From Hydrurus foetidus (lineage: Eukaryota), in assembly GCA_900617105.1 (NCBI GenBank), contig UYFQ01000376.1, positions 1-43,676 on the forward strand: a stretch of 43,676 bases of DNA. Reading direction: 5' to 3'. The notes beneath the pieces are model-generated. The model did not search any database. It worked only from the letters and a program-made list of their open reading frames with translations, and was not told the origin of the DNA. Below, one piece after another: positions 43,595 through 43,676 of the stretch. Numbering within the stretch: the stretch's first letter is position 1; the number at the start of each line of letters is the position of its first letter. The position numbers and the translations under genes were made by a program.

Positions 43595-43676
43595 GTAAAC
43601 ATTGATCATCTTGCTCAGCACTGGTAGTTTTACGAAATCATCGCCAGCATCATCTAACTTCTAGCCGAATGCTGAC

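Overview
Eukaryotic heterochromatin-like cluster made almost entirely of nested retroelements; no host gene, RNA gene or CRISPR array is evident. Element names are my own labels. From left: the 3' part of an AT-rich Ty1/Copia element (Copia-1, 1-~3500), then a truncated minus-strand Copia (Copia-A) whose single 5' LTR is split into three pieces (4711-4898, 9210-9348, 43590-43594) and hosts everything else. Inside that LTR are a deleted chromodomain Gypsy (Gypsy-F, 4903-9205, TSD CTTG) and two related Copia elements in tandem at the same site (ATCTC-Copia-B 9349-16356-ATCTC-Copia-C 16362-43584-ATCTC). Copia-B's 3' LTR carries a ~2 kb TIR element. Copia-C carries Gypsy-D (18156-~39908), which carries an apparently intact tyrosine-recombinase (Ngaro/PAT-type) retroelement (21657-28019) and Gypsy-E (30053-38659, TSD ATGC). 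Most notable: (1) Copia-A/B/C lack a TGG tRNA primer site; their PBS instead pairs with a co-varying 11-12 nt LTR motif ~122-126 nt upstream, suggesting Tf1-like self-priming in a Copia lineage; (2) repeated insertion at nt 6-10 of a relative's LTR; (3) a reconstructable antisense cargo ORF in Gypsy-D with a papain-like Q-x5-C...H...D signature. All alignments were done by eye; no database searches were run.
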